Part shown: positions 1 to 8,723 of the stretch, piece after piece
Numbering within the stretch: the stretch's first letter is position 1
Layout of the letters: every line of letters starts with the position of its first letter
NCBI GenBank assembly: GCA_040905465.1
Contig: JBBDRK010000074.1
Span: 27,552-73,656, forward strand
DNA: 46,105 bases
Source of the DNA: Trueperaceae bacterium
GTDB taxonomy: Bacteria; Deinococcota; Deinococci; Deinococcales; Trueperaceae
Direction: 5' to 3'
Translations under genes and position numbers: made by a program
Notes under the pieces: model-generated
The model's input: the letters and a program-made list of their open reading frames with translations, nothing else
Told to the model about the DNA's origin: nothing
Database searches by the model: none

Positions 1-766
1 TCATCTCATGGGTGGCCACCGCCGCTATCTGCTCTTCCGACAACTGATTGGCGAAGGAAGGCATTCCGCCGCCCCCCTGCATGATCTGGTTGATCACCAT
101 CTCAGCGTTCTGAAGGTTCTGGTTCCCGGCAAGAGCCGGGCCGGTTCCGCCCTCGCCTTGCTGGCCATGGCACTGCTCGCACTGGTTCTGGTAGACCTGC
201 TCGCCATCCTGGCCCCCGGCCTGCACCTGTCCTCCGCCGGCTACCTGTTCCTGCTGGCCCTGCTGCGCCTGCTGGCCGTCCTGCCCCTGCGCCTGGCTGT
301 CCTGCGCCTGCTGGCCTTCCTGCGCCTGCTGGCCTTCCTGCGCCTGGCCACCATCCTGCTGCGCTTGCTGACCGTCTTGCTGTTGTGCCTGCTGACCGTC
401 CTGCTGTTGGCTCTGTTGTTCCTGCTGCGATTCGCTGCTCTGTCCGGCCTGTTCTTCACCGTCCGACGGTTGCAACTGGAGCGAGACGCTCTCCTCGGCG
501 CCTTCCGCGAGTTCCAGCTCCTCCTGCGCGACCTGATGGCCATCGGCCGTCGCAACGATGTAGTACTGTCCGGGCGGCAACCCGGTCAACGTCTCCGGTC
601 CCGACAGATCGAGCATCGCCATGAAGCCCTGGGGTCCAGTGATGTTCACGAGCGCCTGGGCCGGCTCGGTACTGATCTCCAGCGTTGCGCCCTGGCCCTG
701 ACGTTCCTGAACCAACGCCACACCCAGAAGCGCCGTGACGATTCCTACAACAATCGCTCGTCTCAT
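1..766 (-). CDS. Secreted/membrane-anchored c-type cytochrome with N-terminal PEGA-like domain and Gln/Gly-rich linker (3'-partial, runs off the window)
   Basis: Manual translation from ATG at 766: MRRAIVVGIVTALLGVALVQ... LEISTEPAQALVNITGPQ...GLPPGQYYIVATADGH, then a Q-rich repeat, then GEQVYQNQCEQCHGQQGEG (CxxCH at 167-181) ...GGGGMPSF...LSEEQIAAVATHEM. No stop inside the window, so it is absent from the ORF track. Confidence 0.85.
   Translation of the reverse strand, partial: MRRAIVVGIVTALLGVALVQERQGQGATLEISTEPAQALVNITGPQGFMAMLDLSGPETLTGLPPGQYYIVATADGHQVAQEELELAEGAEESVSLQLQPSDGEEQAGQSSESQQEQQSQQQDGQQAQQQDGQQAQQDGGQAQEGQQAQEGQQAQDSQAQGQDGQQAQQGQQEQVAGGGQVQAGGQDGEQVYQNQCEQCHGQQGEGGTGPALAGNQNLQNAEMVINQIMQGGGGMPSFANQLSEEQIAAVATHEM
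241..460 (-). repeat. Imperfect coding tandem repeats (Q/G/E/D-rich linker), including the 18-nt unit CCTGCGCCTGCTGGCCTT twice from 301
   Basis: Directly visible; encodes QAQEGQ / QQDGQQA repeats. Confidence 0.8.
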
Positions 767-831
767 TACCGATACCCCCCTGCCAGCTACTGCTCCTCGC
801 GTTCCGACCAAAGGTCGATGCCTCTGGGGCA

Positions 832-1275
832 TCAGCGAACCCCCGCCCGCCTGAGATCGAGCGCCACGGAGGTCAGTTCCCCCGGCTCCACCCGAAACGC
901 CTGAATCGAGGCGGCGTACCCGTCCTTGGTTCCCGACAGCAAGTACTCCCCGGCTGGCAAGCTGCCCAGCGTCGCCGTACCGAACTGAGTGCTCGCATGG
1001 ACGAACCGGTCGGGCCCGATAACCGCGACTCGTGCCCCGCTGGGTGCCACCCGGATCTCGAGGCCGCCCGAGTCGGCCCGGTCACCGGCTTCCGGGTCGA
1101 TCGCCGGGGTATCGCCTGTTGCCGGCGTTTCGCTCGACCCTCGAAGCGGCACCGCCTCGTCGGTTCCGGCCCGTCTGTTTTCGACCAGAAAGTATCCTGC
1201 CACCGCCAGCGCTACCGCCAGGAGAAGCACCGCGACCATGACGAGGGTGCTTCCAGCCCGTGCTCCCATTGCCAT
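832..1275 (-). CDS. Membrane-anchored PEGA/carboxypeptidase-regulatory-like domain protein
   Basis: GGGGAGG RBS; N-terminal TM helix; LEIRVAPSGARVAVIGP...LPAGEYLLSGTKDGY, similar to the PEGA-like domain of the downstream cytochrome. Confidence 0.7.
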   Translation of the reverse strand: MAMGARAGSTLVMVAVLLLAVALAVAGYFLVENRRAGTDEAVPLRGSSETPATGDTPAIDPEAGDRADSGGLEIRVAPSGARVAVIGPDRFVHASTQFGTATLGSLPAGEYLLSGTKDGYAASIQAFRVEPGELTSVALDLRRAGVR

Positions 1276-1672
1276 GGTTTCCTCCCCGTCTGACTCTCGC
1301 GATTCGATCGGAGCCGGATTCGCTCGGCGCCTCCTGGCGTGTCAGGGCGTATGGACACTAACGTGAGTCGTAAGCGGACACACGACAATGACCCAGTGCA
1401 CTCTTTTACTCAGCGTCCGTACCGCCGACAGTTTTGAACGGAAGGTTCAGTACACCAACGACGCCTCGCGAAAGACGCCTACCTCGGTCTCACCTACCGC
1501 CAGGTCGACCTCGGGGCCGTCCACGAGAAGTGCTTCGGCGGCGCGCAGTGCGCCCGCAGCGCCACCCTGTCGAACGGGAAGGGCTACTCGTCGTACGAAT
1601 CCCAGCGAAGCTTCAGTCCGCCGCCGCTGCGCTGAGCGACAGATGCGTCTGGACTGCTGGCGCGATTCTCTG

Positions 1673-3604
1673 TCAACTCCGTTCGACTTCGATGATGGTG
1701 ACAGCCTGCGAGTCGTCGGCCCCCGGCCGGTAGAGCGCTTCGAGCGCAGCCCGATGCTTCTCCAGCGCAGGCTCACGCCTCAGCTTCAGGGTAGGGGTTA
1801 GCAAGCTGTTGGCAATAGAGACCTCACCGACAACCAGTGCTGCCCGCTTGACGCAGGACCAGGCCGGGAACTCGCCGTTGGCATGCCCGACCGCGGAACG
1901 GATTCGCTCCTGCACCACCGGTTCGCTCAGCATCTTGCTCGGATCGCCCGTCATGCCCTCGCGCCGGGCCAGCGTCAGCAGGGCGTCCTCACTCAGGAAC
2001 AGCAGCGCCGCGCAATACTTCTCCCCCTCACCGACCACGACGGCGTGCTCCACCAGCGGGTCGGCCTCGAGCCGCTGTTCGATCGGCTGCGGCATCACGT
2101 ACTTGCCGGTGGACAGTTTGAACAGGTTCTTGATTCTGCCGGTGAGCCTTATGAAGCCGTCGTGGTCGATGTCACCTACATCGCCGGTGTGCAGCCAGCC
2201 GTCCTGGAGCGTCCGGCCGGTAGCGTCCTCCCTACGGTAGTAGCCCATCATCACGTTCGGCCCGCGGACGAGGATCTCGCCGTCCTCGGCCAGCGCTACC
2301 GCGACCCCGTCGATCGGCGTGCCCACGGTACCGGGTCGGTTCTTGGCCGGCCGGTTGAAGCTGATCACCGGGCTGGTCTCGGTGAGGCCGTATCCCTGCA
2401 GGACGTGTATGCCGGCCGCGCCGAACAGGTTGACCAGTTCAGGGCGCAGGGCGGCCGCTCCGACGATGACGAAGCGGATGCGTCCTCCAAGGGCGGCACG
2501 CCACTTCGACAGAACCAGCCTGTCGGCGATCCTGTGCTGAACCGCTTCGGCTCCCTGCGGGGGCCGCTCCACGCGGTAACGCCTGGCCAGTCCCAGCGAC
2601 CAGTCGAAGAGCCTGCGCTTAACGCCGCCGAGTTCCAGGCCGGCGTCCATGATTCGGTCGTAGGCCTTTTCCAACACCCGTGGCACTGTTGCCAGCAGGG
2701 TGGGACGCACCTCTCGGAAGTGCTCCCGCAACCGCTCCGAGTCGCTGTAGTAGATGGTGTTTCCGTACCACATACAGCCGTATTGCAGCATGCGCGCGAA
2801 GATGTGGGTGAGCGGCAGGAAAGACAGGACAACCTCGTCGGCCCCCCGCCGGTACCCCTCCAGTCCACTGAAGGCTGCGATTGCGTTCGAGGAGATGTTC
2901 TCGTGGCTCAACATCACACCCTTCGGTACGCCGGTCGTACCCGAGGTGTAGATGATGGTCGCCAGGTCGTCGGCCGCCACCGCACGCTTGAGTTCCGATG
3001 CCGCGCCAGGCTTCTCCTCGATCACGTCTTGACCGCCGCGCACCAGGTCCTCGGCCGAGAGCCGGCGTACTCCGACCGATGCAGTTGTGCCCGCGTCCCT
3101 TTCCATCACGATGACCGTATCGATCCGCGAGTCCGCGAGTTGCGGGGCGATCTCCGCCAACAGTTCGTCGTTCGTGACCACCAGGGCGCGCGCTTCGCTT
3201 TCGCGCAATATGTGCCCTACGTTGGCCGGATTGTGAGTCAGGTAGATGGGAACCGTGACCAGCCCGGCAATCAGGCAGGCCATGTCGGGCAAAGCGAACG
3301 ATGCGTCGCTCAGTGCAAAGAACGCCACGCGCTCGCCGCGCTCGAACCCCTGCCTCGCCAGACCCAGGGCCATGAGCTCGGCGCGCAGCCGGAACTCGAG
3401 TGTCGACATGCTCCGCCAGCTCCCGTCACGGAGCTGATTGAACGCTGCCGGGTTGGGATTGCGTTCGGCTGCTTCGTCGAGCAGCGAGATCAACGTGCGG
3501 CCGAGGTGTACCTCACCGCCCTCGGACGATGAACTGAATCGCCCTGCGGGAGAGACGGCTCCCGCGACCGGTGTGGGGGTTTCCTGTCGCACAACGTCGG
3601 TCAT
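1673..3604 (-). CDS. Long-chain fatty acid-CoA ligase (AMP-dependent synthetase, FadD15/FAA1 type)
   Basis: IIYTSGTTGVPKGVMLSH, QGYGLTETSP, GWLHTGDVG, LLTPTLKLRR motifs; start placed at MTDVVRQ (3604). Confidence 0.93.
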   Translation of the reverse strand: MTDVVRQETPTPVAGAVSPAGRFSSSSEGGEVHLGRTLISLLDEAAERNPNPAAFNQLRDGSWRSMSTLEFRLRAELMALGLARQGFERGERVAFFALSDASFALPDMACLIAGLVTVPIYLTHNPANVGHILRESEARALVVTNDELLAEIAPQLADSRIDTVIVMERDAGTTASVGVRRLSAEDLVRGGQDVIEEKPGAASELKRAVAADDLATIIYTSGTTGVPKGVMLSHENISSNAIAAFSGLEGYRRGADEVVLSFLPLTHIFARMLQYGCMWYGNTIYYSDSERLREHFREVRPTLLATVPRVLEKAYDRIMDAGLELGGVKRRLFDWSLGLARRYRVERPPQGAEAVQHRIADRLVLSKWRAALGGRIRFVIVGAAALRPELVNLFGAAGIHVLQGYGLTETSPVISFNRPAKNRPGTVGTPIDGVAVALAEDGEILVRGPNVMMGYYRREDATGRTLQDGWLHTGDVGDIDHDGFIRLTGRIKNLFKLSTGKYVMPQPIEQRLEADPLVEHAVVVGEGEKYCAALLFLSEDALLTLARREGMTGDPSKMLSEPVVQERIRSAVGHANGEFPAWSCVKRAALVVGEVSIANSLLTPTLKLRREPALEKHRAALEALYRPGADDSQAVTIIEVERS

Positions 3605-3774
3605 TTTCGACACCCCTGGATCCTTCTGTCCCGCCCCAGCGCGAACGAAGGACGGCGAGGAACGGAGACCGAGCGGCCGCTTGTCGAACGAGGCGAGATT
3701 AGCACGGCTCCGATCGGTCGAATAGGACGGTTGCCCTTCGACCGCGGGCCGCGCTGGCACGATAGAGTCGCTCC

Positions 3775-5205
3775 ATGGACATCCGCCGCCTCGAGGCTTT
3801 CGTGTTCGAGAAGATGGCCGCCTCGCGCCTGCCCGGGCTGAGCCTTGCGCTCGTCAGGAACGACGAGTTGATCCATGCCAGAGGTTTCGGGCAACGCGAC
3901 CTGAAGCACGGGCTACCGGCAACGCCTTCAACGCTCTACTGCATCGGCAGCGTGACGAAGTCGTTCACCGCCCTGGCCATCATGCGCTTGGCCGAGCGTG
4001 GCCTGCTCGATCCCAGCGACCCGGTGGATCGCTACCTGCCTTTCCCCTTCAGGCCGAAGGGGGGGATCGTCCGGCTCGAGCACCTGCTGGCACACACCTC
4101 GGGCATCCCAGCGCTCGCCTACTCCGAGGCCGTGATCGGACATGCCAACGGGACCGGTAGCCGTTGGCTGCCCATCTCCGGACCGGAGGACGTGCTGACG
4201 TTCATGGACGGAGCCGAGGACTGGGAGGAGAGCAGCCCGGGCGAACGGTGGGCCTATGCCAACGAGGGTTACGCCATGCTCGGCCTCATTATCGAACGGG
4301 TCTCGGGCAAGTCATACCAGGATTACCTGCGCGACGAGATCCTTGTCCCCCTGGGCATGGACCGGACATTCCTGGCCCGCACGGACGTGGAAGCCGCGGA
4401 CGACGTGGCGGTACCGTACGTGCTGCCCCATGACGGGCCGCCGGTTCCCGGGCACTACCTGTACCGGCTGATAAGGAGCGAGGGCGGCCTGATAAGCAGC
4501 GTTCTCGATCTTGCGGGCTACCTCTCGATGTATCTGAGGTACGGCGCGCTGGTGGACGGGCGGCAGTTGGTGAGTCCCGAATCGATCGCGGCGATGGTCC
4601 GCCCCCGCGTCGAGACTCCGTTTCGCACGGCGCCGGAGTTGACCGGCGCTGGCGGCGGCGCTGGGGGCGGCGAGGCGGCTCAGCACTACGGATTCGGGCT
4701 CGCCAGTGAGCAGCTCCTGGGCAGGCGTCTGGTGGGCCACGGCGGTAGCGTGCTCGTGTCCACCGCCCACCTGGCGTTCCTGCCCGAAGAGGGCCTGGGA
4801 GTCGCCGTTCTGGCCAACGGCAGCGGCTACCCGCTGGCCCAGTTGGCGCGCGCGGTGCTGGCTATCGCACTGGGCAGTGAACCCGGTGAACTTCCGACGA
4901 TCCGACTGCAAGACGAGCTGGCAAGGCTGACCGGCGACTATGAAACATTCAAGGGCACGGTACGGGCGACGGTCGAGCGTCACGGTGATTTCCTCAAGCT
5001 GCGCTTCCCGAGCCGAACGAACCCCGATGAGGTGACTCTGGTACCGGAAGGCGTGAGCGGCGGCGAGGCTCGGTTCTTCACCCTCAGCGAAGGGCGCCGC
5101 TTGCCGGTGCTCTTTCGCCGTACCGACGATGGGACGGAGCTGCTGTACGAGCGCCACAAGTTCCGGCGCACGGGGGCGGGGGCAGCTGGGCAGAGGTTTG
5201 GCTGA
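3775..5205 (+). CDS. Serine hydrolase, beta-lactamase class C/D-aminopeptidase (Pab87-like) family
   Basis: SVTK (SxxK), YAN (YxN) and HGG motifs; extra C-terminal domain. Confidence 0.88.
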   Translation: MDIRRLEAFVFEKMAASRLPGLSLALVRNDELIHARGFGQRDLKHGLPATPSTLYCIGSVTKSFTALAIMRLAERGLLDPSDPVDRYLPFPFRPKGGIVRLEHLLAHTSGIPALAYSEAVIGHANGTGSRWLPISGPEDVLTFMDGAEDWEESSPGERWAYANEGYAMLGLIIERVSGKSYQDYLRDEILVPLGMDRTFLARTDVEAADDVAVPYVLPHDGPPVPGHYLYRLIRSEGGLISSVLDLAGYLSMYLRYGALVDGRQLVSPESIAAMVRPRVETPFRTAPELTGAGGGAGGGEAAQHYGFGLASEQLLGRRLVGHGGSVLVSTAHLAFLPEEGLGVAVLANGSGYPLAQLARAVLAIALGSEPGELPTIRLQDELARLTGDYETFKGTVRATVERHGDFLKLRFPSRTNPDEVTLVPEGVSGGEARFFTLSEGRRLPVLFRRTDDGTELLYERHKFRRTGAGAAGQRFG

Positions 5206-5311
5206 GTGCTCCTGGTTGCATGTGTGGGTTGTGGCGTTGACTGTCCTGTGCGGCCGGTCAGGCTGAACGGTCCTGGCCGCCGGATCGAGACCGCCGACGT
5301 CCGATCGAGGT

Positions 5312-5339
5312 TGGAATAATTCGCGCCTGTTTCGACGCC
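5312..5339 (+). repeat. Degenerate 28-bp site, putative left boundary: TGGAATAATTC GCGCCT GTTTCGACGCC
   Basis: Core TCGCGCCTGTTT matches the other copies; outer arms diverged. Confidence 0.4.
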
Positions 5340-5568
5340 TCAGATTGCTCAGTAATACCGAGACTCTGTCGTCGGCGACGGTCTCGCCACTTCGGGATTC
5401 TTCACGCTGACCGATCCATGGGTGGTGTGGGGATCCCTCCGCATTATGCCAGACAATCGAAGCCTGTGCTCTTTTGGGAATCAGCCAAGATGGGATGCAC
5501 GTCCGCCGCTTGGGTAATGGGGCATCTAGACAAAACCCAAGCGGCGGACTATTGTAAGAGCACGGGGC

Positions 5569-5853
5569 ATGGGCGGTGGGTTATGGAGCGCCAGGTTACC
5601 CAATATCGACCGCATCGGACCGTTCAAGGTGGTCATCTACTTCGATGACCACGAGCCTGCTCACGTTCATGTAATCCACTCCTCAGGCTGCGTGGCGGTA
5701 TTCAACATCTCGATAATAGGATCGTTGGAGCTGCGGGAAGTGAGGGGAAACATGAAAGTAAACGATGTCAAGCGAGCGCTGAGATTGGTGCAGGAGAAAC
5801 AAGCGGAATACCTGAAGAGTTGGCACAACATCCATGGAGGCGCGCATGAGTGA
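5569..5853 (+). CDS. DUF4160-family protein (putative toxin of a DUF4160/DUF2442 pair)
   Basis: PNIDRIGPFKVVIYFDDHEPAHVHV signature; overlaps the next gene; the likely native start codon at 5596 reads TTA. Confidence 0.75.
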   Translation: MGGGLWSARLPNIDRIGPFKVVIYFDDHEPAHVHVIHSSGCVAVFNISIIGSLELREVRGNMKVNDVKRALRLVQEKQAEYLKSWHNIHGGAHE

Positions 5854-6556
5854 GGCTGCGATTCAGAAGCAAATTGAACGAGCGCGTCGGACGGGTGAAC
5901 GCGCGCTGCAGAAATCGCCCCGAGTGGAAAGTGTCGACTTTCAAGAAGATGATCGACTGCTTGTCCTCAACATGCAAAACGGCCTTTCGGTCCGGATCCC
6001 TGTTGATGAACTTCAGGGCATCTCAAGGGCGCCATGGGCAGACGTCAAGAAGGGAGAGATTGCCGAACAAGGCCTCGCTCTTCACTGGGGCTCCCTAGAC
6101 GTTCACTTTACCGTCCCAGGACTAGTCAAAGGAGTCTACGGCACCAATGAGTGGATGAAGGAAATAGGCCGAAAAGGGGGCCATGCGACGAGCCTCAAGA
6201 AGCGTCGCGCTGCTCAAGTGAATGGCAAACGCGGCGGCCGGCCTCGAAAAGAAGTACGCCAGGACAATGAGCCTGAGGCCGTAACCAAGCAAGTCCTTGT
6301 CGAGTCTATTGCTGAGGACACGGGGTTAAGTGCGACTGACGTGCGAACGGTGATCGATCATTTGTTGCGGACAGTTGCCAGCAACGTAAACGCGGGAAAG
6401 AAGGTGCAACTGACTGGCTTTGGAAGCTTCGAAGTTAGGGAACGGAAGGCACGCTCTGGAGTAGTCCCCGGGAGCACCCAGAGGATTTCCACTCCAAAGA
6501 CAGAAGCGGTCTTTGTTCCCAGCCCTCGAGGCTTCAAGAATAAGGTGAAGCGATAG
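5846..6556 (+). CDS. DUF2442-family antitoxin-like protein fused to an HU/IHF histone-like domain
   Basis: GGAGG RBS; LHWGSLDVHFTVPGL...NGKRGGRPRK (DUF2442 type) followed by VTKQVLVESIAEDTGL...KVQLTGFGSFEVRERKARSG (HU). Confidence 0.8.
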   Translation: MSEAAIQKQIERARRTGERALQKSPRVESVDFQEDDRLLVLNMQNGLSVRIPVDELQGISRAPWADVKKGEIAEQGLALHWGSLDVHFTVPGLVKGVYGTNEWMKEIGRKGGHATSLKKRRAAQVNGKRGGRPRKEVRQDNEPEAVTKQVLVESIAEDTGLSATDVRTVIDHLLRTVASNVNAGKKVQLTGFGSFEVRERKARSGVVPGSTQRISTPKTEAVFVPSPRGFKNKVKR

Positions 6557-6590
6557 TGACGCTTTCAATAGACGCCCGGCCATCTAAGAC

Positions 6591-6618
6591 CTTCCAATTA
6601 CGCGCCCTTCTCAATAAC
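6591..6618 (+). repeat. 28-bp site: CTTCCAATTAC GCGCCC TTCTCAATAAC
   Basis: First 17 nt identical to the copy at 9088; intergenic. Confidence 0.8.
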
Positions 6619-6632
6619 GCCTACTGGGCCGC

Positions 6633-6914
6633 CTACTTCGCGAGTTCTCGGAGCACCTCCGGATGCCTAACGGCGACTTGAAGCAGAGTCCTAGCTGCGC
6701 CCGTCGGTTCGCGGCGACCCTGTTCCCAGTCCTGCAACGTGCGCGGAGAAACGCCAAGCAGCCCGGCGAAATCACGCTGAGACATCCCAACGTGAGCTCG
6801 CGCCGCTGCTACTGGCGACAACTCTACTTCCGTCACCCGCTCTGCCTGTCCCCGCTTCATCTGCTGTACGGACTCGAGCAGATCTTTCTGAAACCTGTCC
6901 ATCTCTCTATTCAT
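6633..6914 (-). CDS. XRE/HTH antitoxin (HigA/YiaG-like)
   Basis: GMSQRDFAGLLGVSPRTLQDWEQGRREPTGAARTLL; lies downstream of a RelE-like toxin. Confidence 0.88.
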   Translation of the reverse strand: MNREMDRFQKDLLESVQQMKRGQAERVTEVELSPVAAARAHVGMSQRDFAGLLGVSPRTLQDWEQGRREPTGAARTLLQVAVRHPEVLRELAK

Positions 6915-7215
6915 CCTCGATACCTCGTTTCAGTTGAGCCAAGAACTCTCTCGGCAGATTGTCGAACTTGGATTTGGTGTAAACGATCAGCAATCAGACG
7001 ACTCCGTCGCGAGCAATGGTATAGATGACCCGAGCCCCTCCACGCTTACCGCGTCCTGCTGACCTCCGAACCTTCCTGCTGCCCCCACTGCCCGGAATCA
7101 GATCGCCGGCCTCCGGGTTCGCAGCAATCCAGGAGATGAACTCCTCTCGCTCCACGTCCGACCAGACATCCGCCGCGTACTTGACGAAGACAGAGGTTTC
7201 GGCGACCGTCCGCAC
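6907..7215 (-). pseudogene. RelE/HigB-like toxin interrupted by an in-frame TGA at 6994-6996
   Basis: NPEAGDLIPGSGGSRKVR...GKRGGARVIY...GVV*LLIVYTKSKFDNL...EDE; the frame continues to a TAG at 6907 that overlaps the antitoxin start. Confidence 0.8.
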
Positions 7216-7220
7216 ACACC

Positions 7221-7249
7221 ACTATACGGCAATGCCGTACCAGCGGCAA
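7221..7249 (-). promoter_or_regulatory. sigma70 promoter TTGCCG-N17-TATAGT with overlapping operator palindrome TACGGCA-T-TGCCGTA; leaderless toxin mRNA
   Basis: Read on the minus strand; -10 lies 5 nt before the GTG at 7215. Confidence 0.7.
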
Positions 7250-7271
7250 GGGAAGTCGAGTCAAACCCAGC

Positions 7272-8097
7272 CTATTGGACGAAGTACCGCTGGTACGCCC
7301 TCCGCCGCGCTGCCCCCGACAACGTCGCGTAACGCAACGTAGTCTCCGGCTTGGCGTGCCCCAGCAAGCTCTGAACCTCGACCAACTCCGCCCCCTGGTT
7401 GATCATGAGCGTCGCGAACGTATGCCGCAGGACGTGAGGCGTCACTCGATCTCGCAGTCCCGCTCGCTCCGCCACCTTATTCACGTGCCAGCGCAGAGTC
7501 GCAACACTCGTCCGCCGCACCGGCTGGTGGGTAGTCACGAATAGGGCTACCTGGTCGTCGCCCCTGGCCGAGAGGTAACGTTTCAGCCAGATCGCCGCCT
7601 TGGCGCCGAAGTAGGCTGCCCTTGCCCAACACCAGGATGCTGCTCTCGCGCCAGTCGACGTCAAACCGGTTCATCCCGTGAACTTCACCGATCCTGGCAC
7701 CTGTGGCGAAGAACACTTCGATCAGGGCGCGCTCGACCGCCTTGCGGCAGGAGTCACGCAACAACTCCAACTCCTCCACGCTCAGGTGCTTCGGCTCCTT
7801 CATACGCGCCGCCGGATTCCCCCGAGTCAAGCCCTCCTCGTGCACCCATCTGAAGAACGCGCGCAAAGCGCGAATCTTGGCGCCGAGGGATGAGGGTTTC
7901 AAGTGCGCGAACGAAGCCAGGAACTCCCGGAGCTGCTCAAGGGTTACATCGAGCACGGACGGGTCGACCAAGTAGACAATGAGTGATCGAAGATGATGCT
8001 CGTACGCGACGAGAGTTGCTCGACTGTACCCTTCACTCCGTCGCCGCAGCAGATATGCCTCGACGACCTCTGACATCCTCCAACACGGAACACCCAT
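7272..8097 (-). pseudogene. XerD-like tyrosine recombinase/integrase with a frameshift near 7617 and a probable in-frame deletion near 7790
   Basis: N-terminal SAM-like domain; TGARIGE, LGKG, HVLRHTFAT, LLGH, TTLRY are split across ORFs 7477-8097 and 7272-7664; GGGAGGGAGG RBS. Confidence 0.9.
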
Positions 8098-8171
8098 GGT
8101 TCCTGCCTCCCTCCCGCTCCGTATGCAGATCAGGAGCAGGAAGGCGCAGCCTAGGGCATCCAGCGGGAAAA

Positions 8172-8199
8172 GCTAAGTTTTCGCGCCCGTATCCTCAAC
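8172..8199 (+). repeat. Integrase-proximal 28-bp site: GCTAAGTTTTC GCGCCC GTATCCTCAAC
   Basis: Same spacer and AAC end as the other copies; 75 bp upstream of the integrase start. Confidence 0.7.
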
Positions 8200-8306
8200 A
8201 GGTCTGCGAGTGAGTGGAAGTATCGCCGCTGGCGCATGGATTCACACTAATCGGAGACGCTGTCGGCAAGTGGGAGGTAGTCGCTGGGCCATGTCGCGGG
8301 ACTACG

Positions 8307-8723
8307 TCAGACGAAGACCTCAACGCTGACCCGGAAATATCCGGCAAGCTTCTTTGCGAGTGTCTTGCTGATACTGCGCTTTCCCGCGAGGATTCGGCTC
8401 AGGTTACCCTGGTCGACGATCCCGTCCTGCGCAAGCTGGTACTGGGTGACGCCCCGTTCCTTCATCAGGTAGGCGAGCATCTCGTGCGGGTCGACGTCGG
8501 GGGTCTTAAGGTCAGGCTCGTTCTCCTGCTCCCATGCATCCGCATAGCTGGCGAGGAGGTCGAAGAGCGAGGCATACGGCTCACGGGTGCAGTCGTAGTT
8601 GTCAGTGAGGTCGCCCAAGAGGGCGATGACCTGTTCGTAGTCCGCCTCGGCCCGGGGTCTGCCGAGCCCGCCCGAGTTGGCTTGGAACTCTGCCCAAGCC
8701 CCCACGACACGTTCGCTTGTCAT
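8307..8723 (-). CDS. higA: HigA-family antitoxin (HTH)
   Basis: LAYLMKERGVTQYQLA...NLSRILAGKRSISK; ATGA overlap with the higB stop; GAGGAGG RBS. Confidence 0.88.
   Translation of the reverse strand: MTSERVVGAWAEFQANSGGLGRPRAEADYEQVIALLGDLTDNYDCTREPYASLFDLLASYADAWEQENEPDLKTPDVDPHEMLAYLMKERGVTQYQLAQDGIVDQGNLSRILAGKRSISKTLAKKLAGYFRVSVEVFV

Noticed and set aside
8-904. 298-aa Leu-rich ORF on the + strand
   Set aside because: Antisense shadow of the Gln-rich cytochrome c gene (CAG codons read as CTG).
1366-1672. Short ORFs between the acyl-CoA ligase and the PEGA gene
   Set aside because: No recognisable motifs; frames are interrupted by stops; at most a remnant.
6994-6996. TGA as selenocysteine or recoded Trp
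   Set aside because: TGA is used as a normal stop throughout the window and the position is not a Cys site; a nonsense mutation is simpler.
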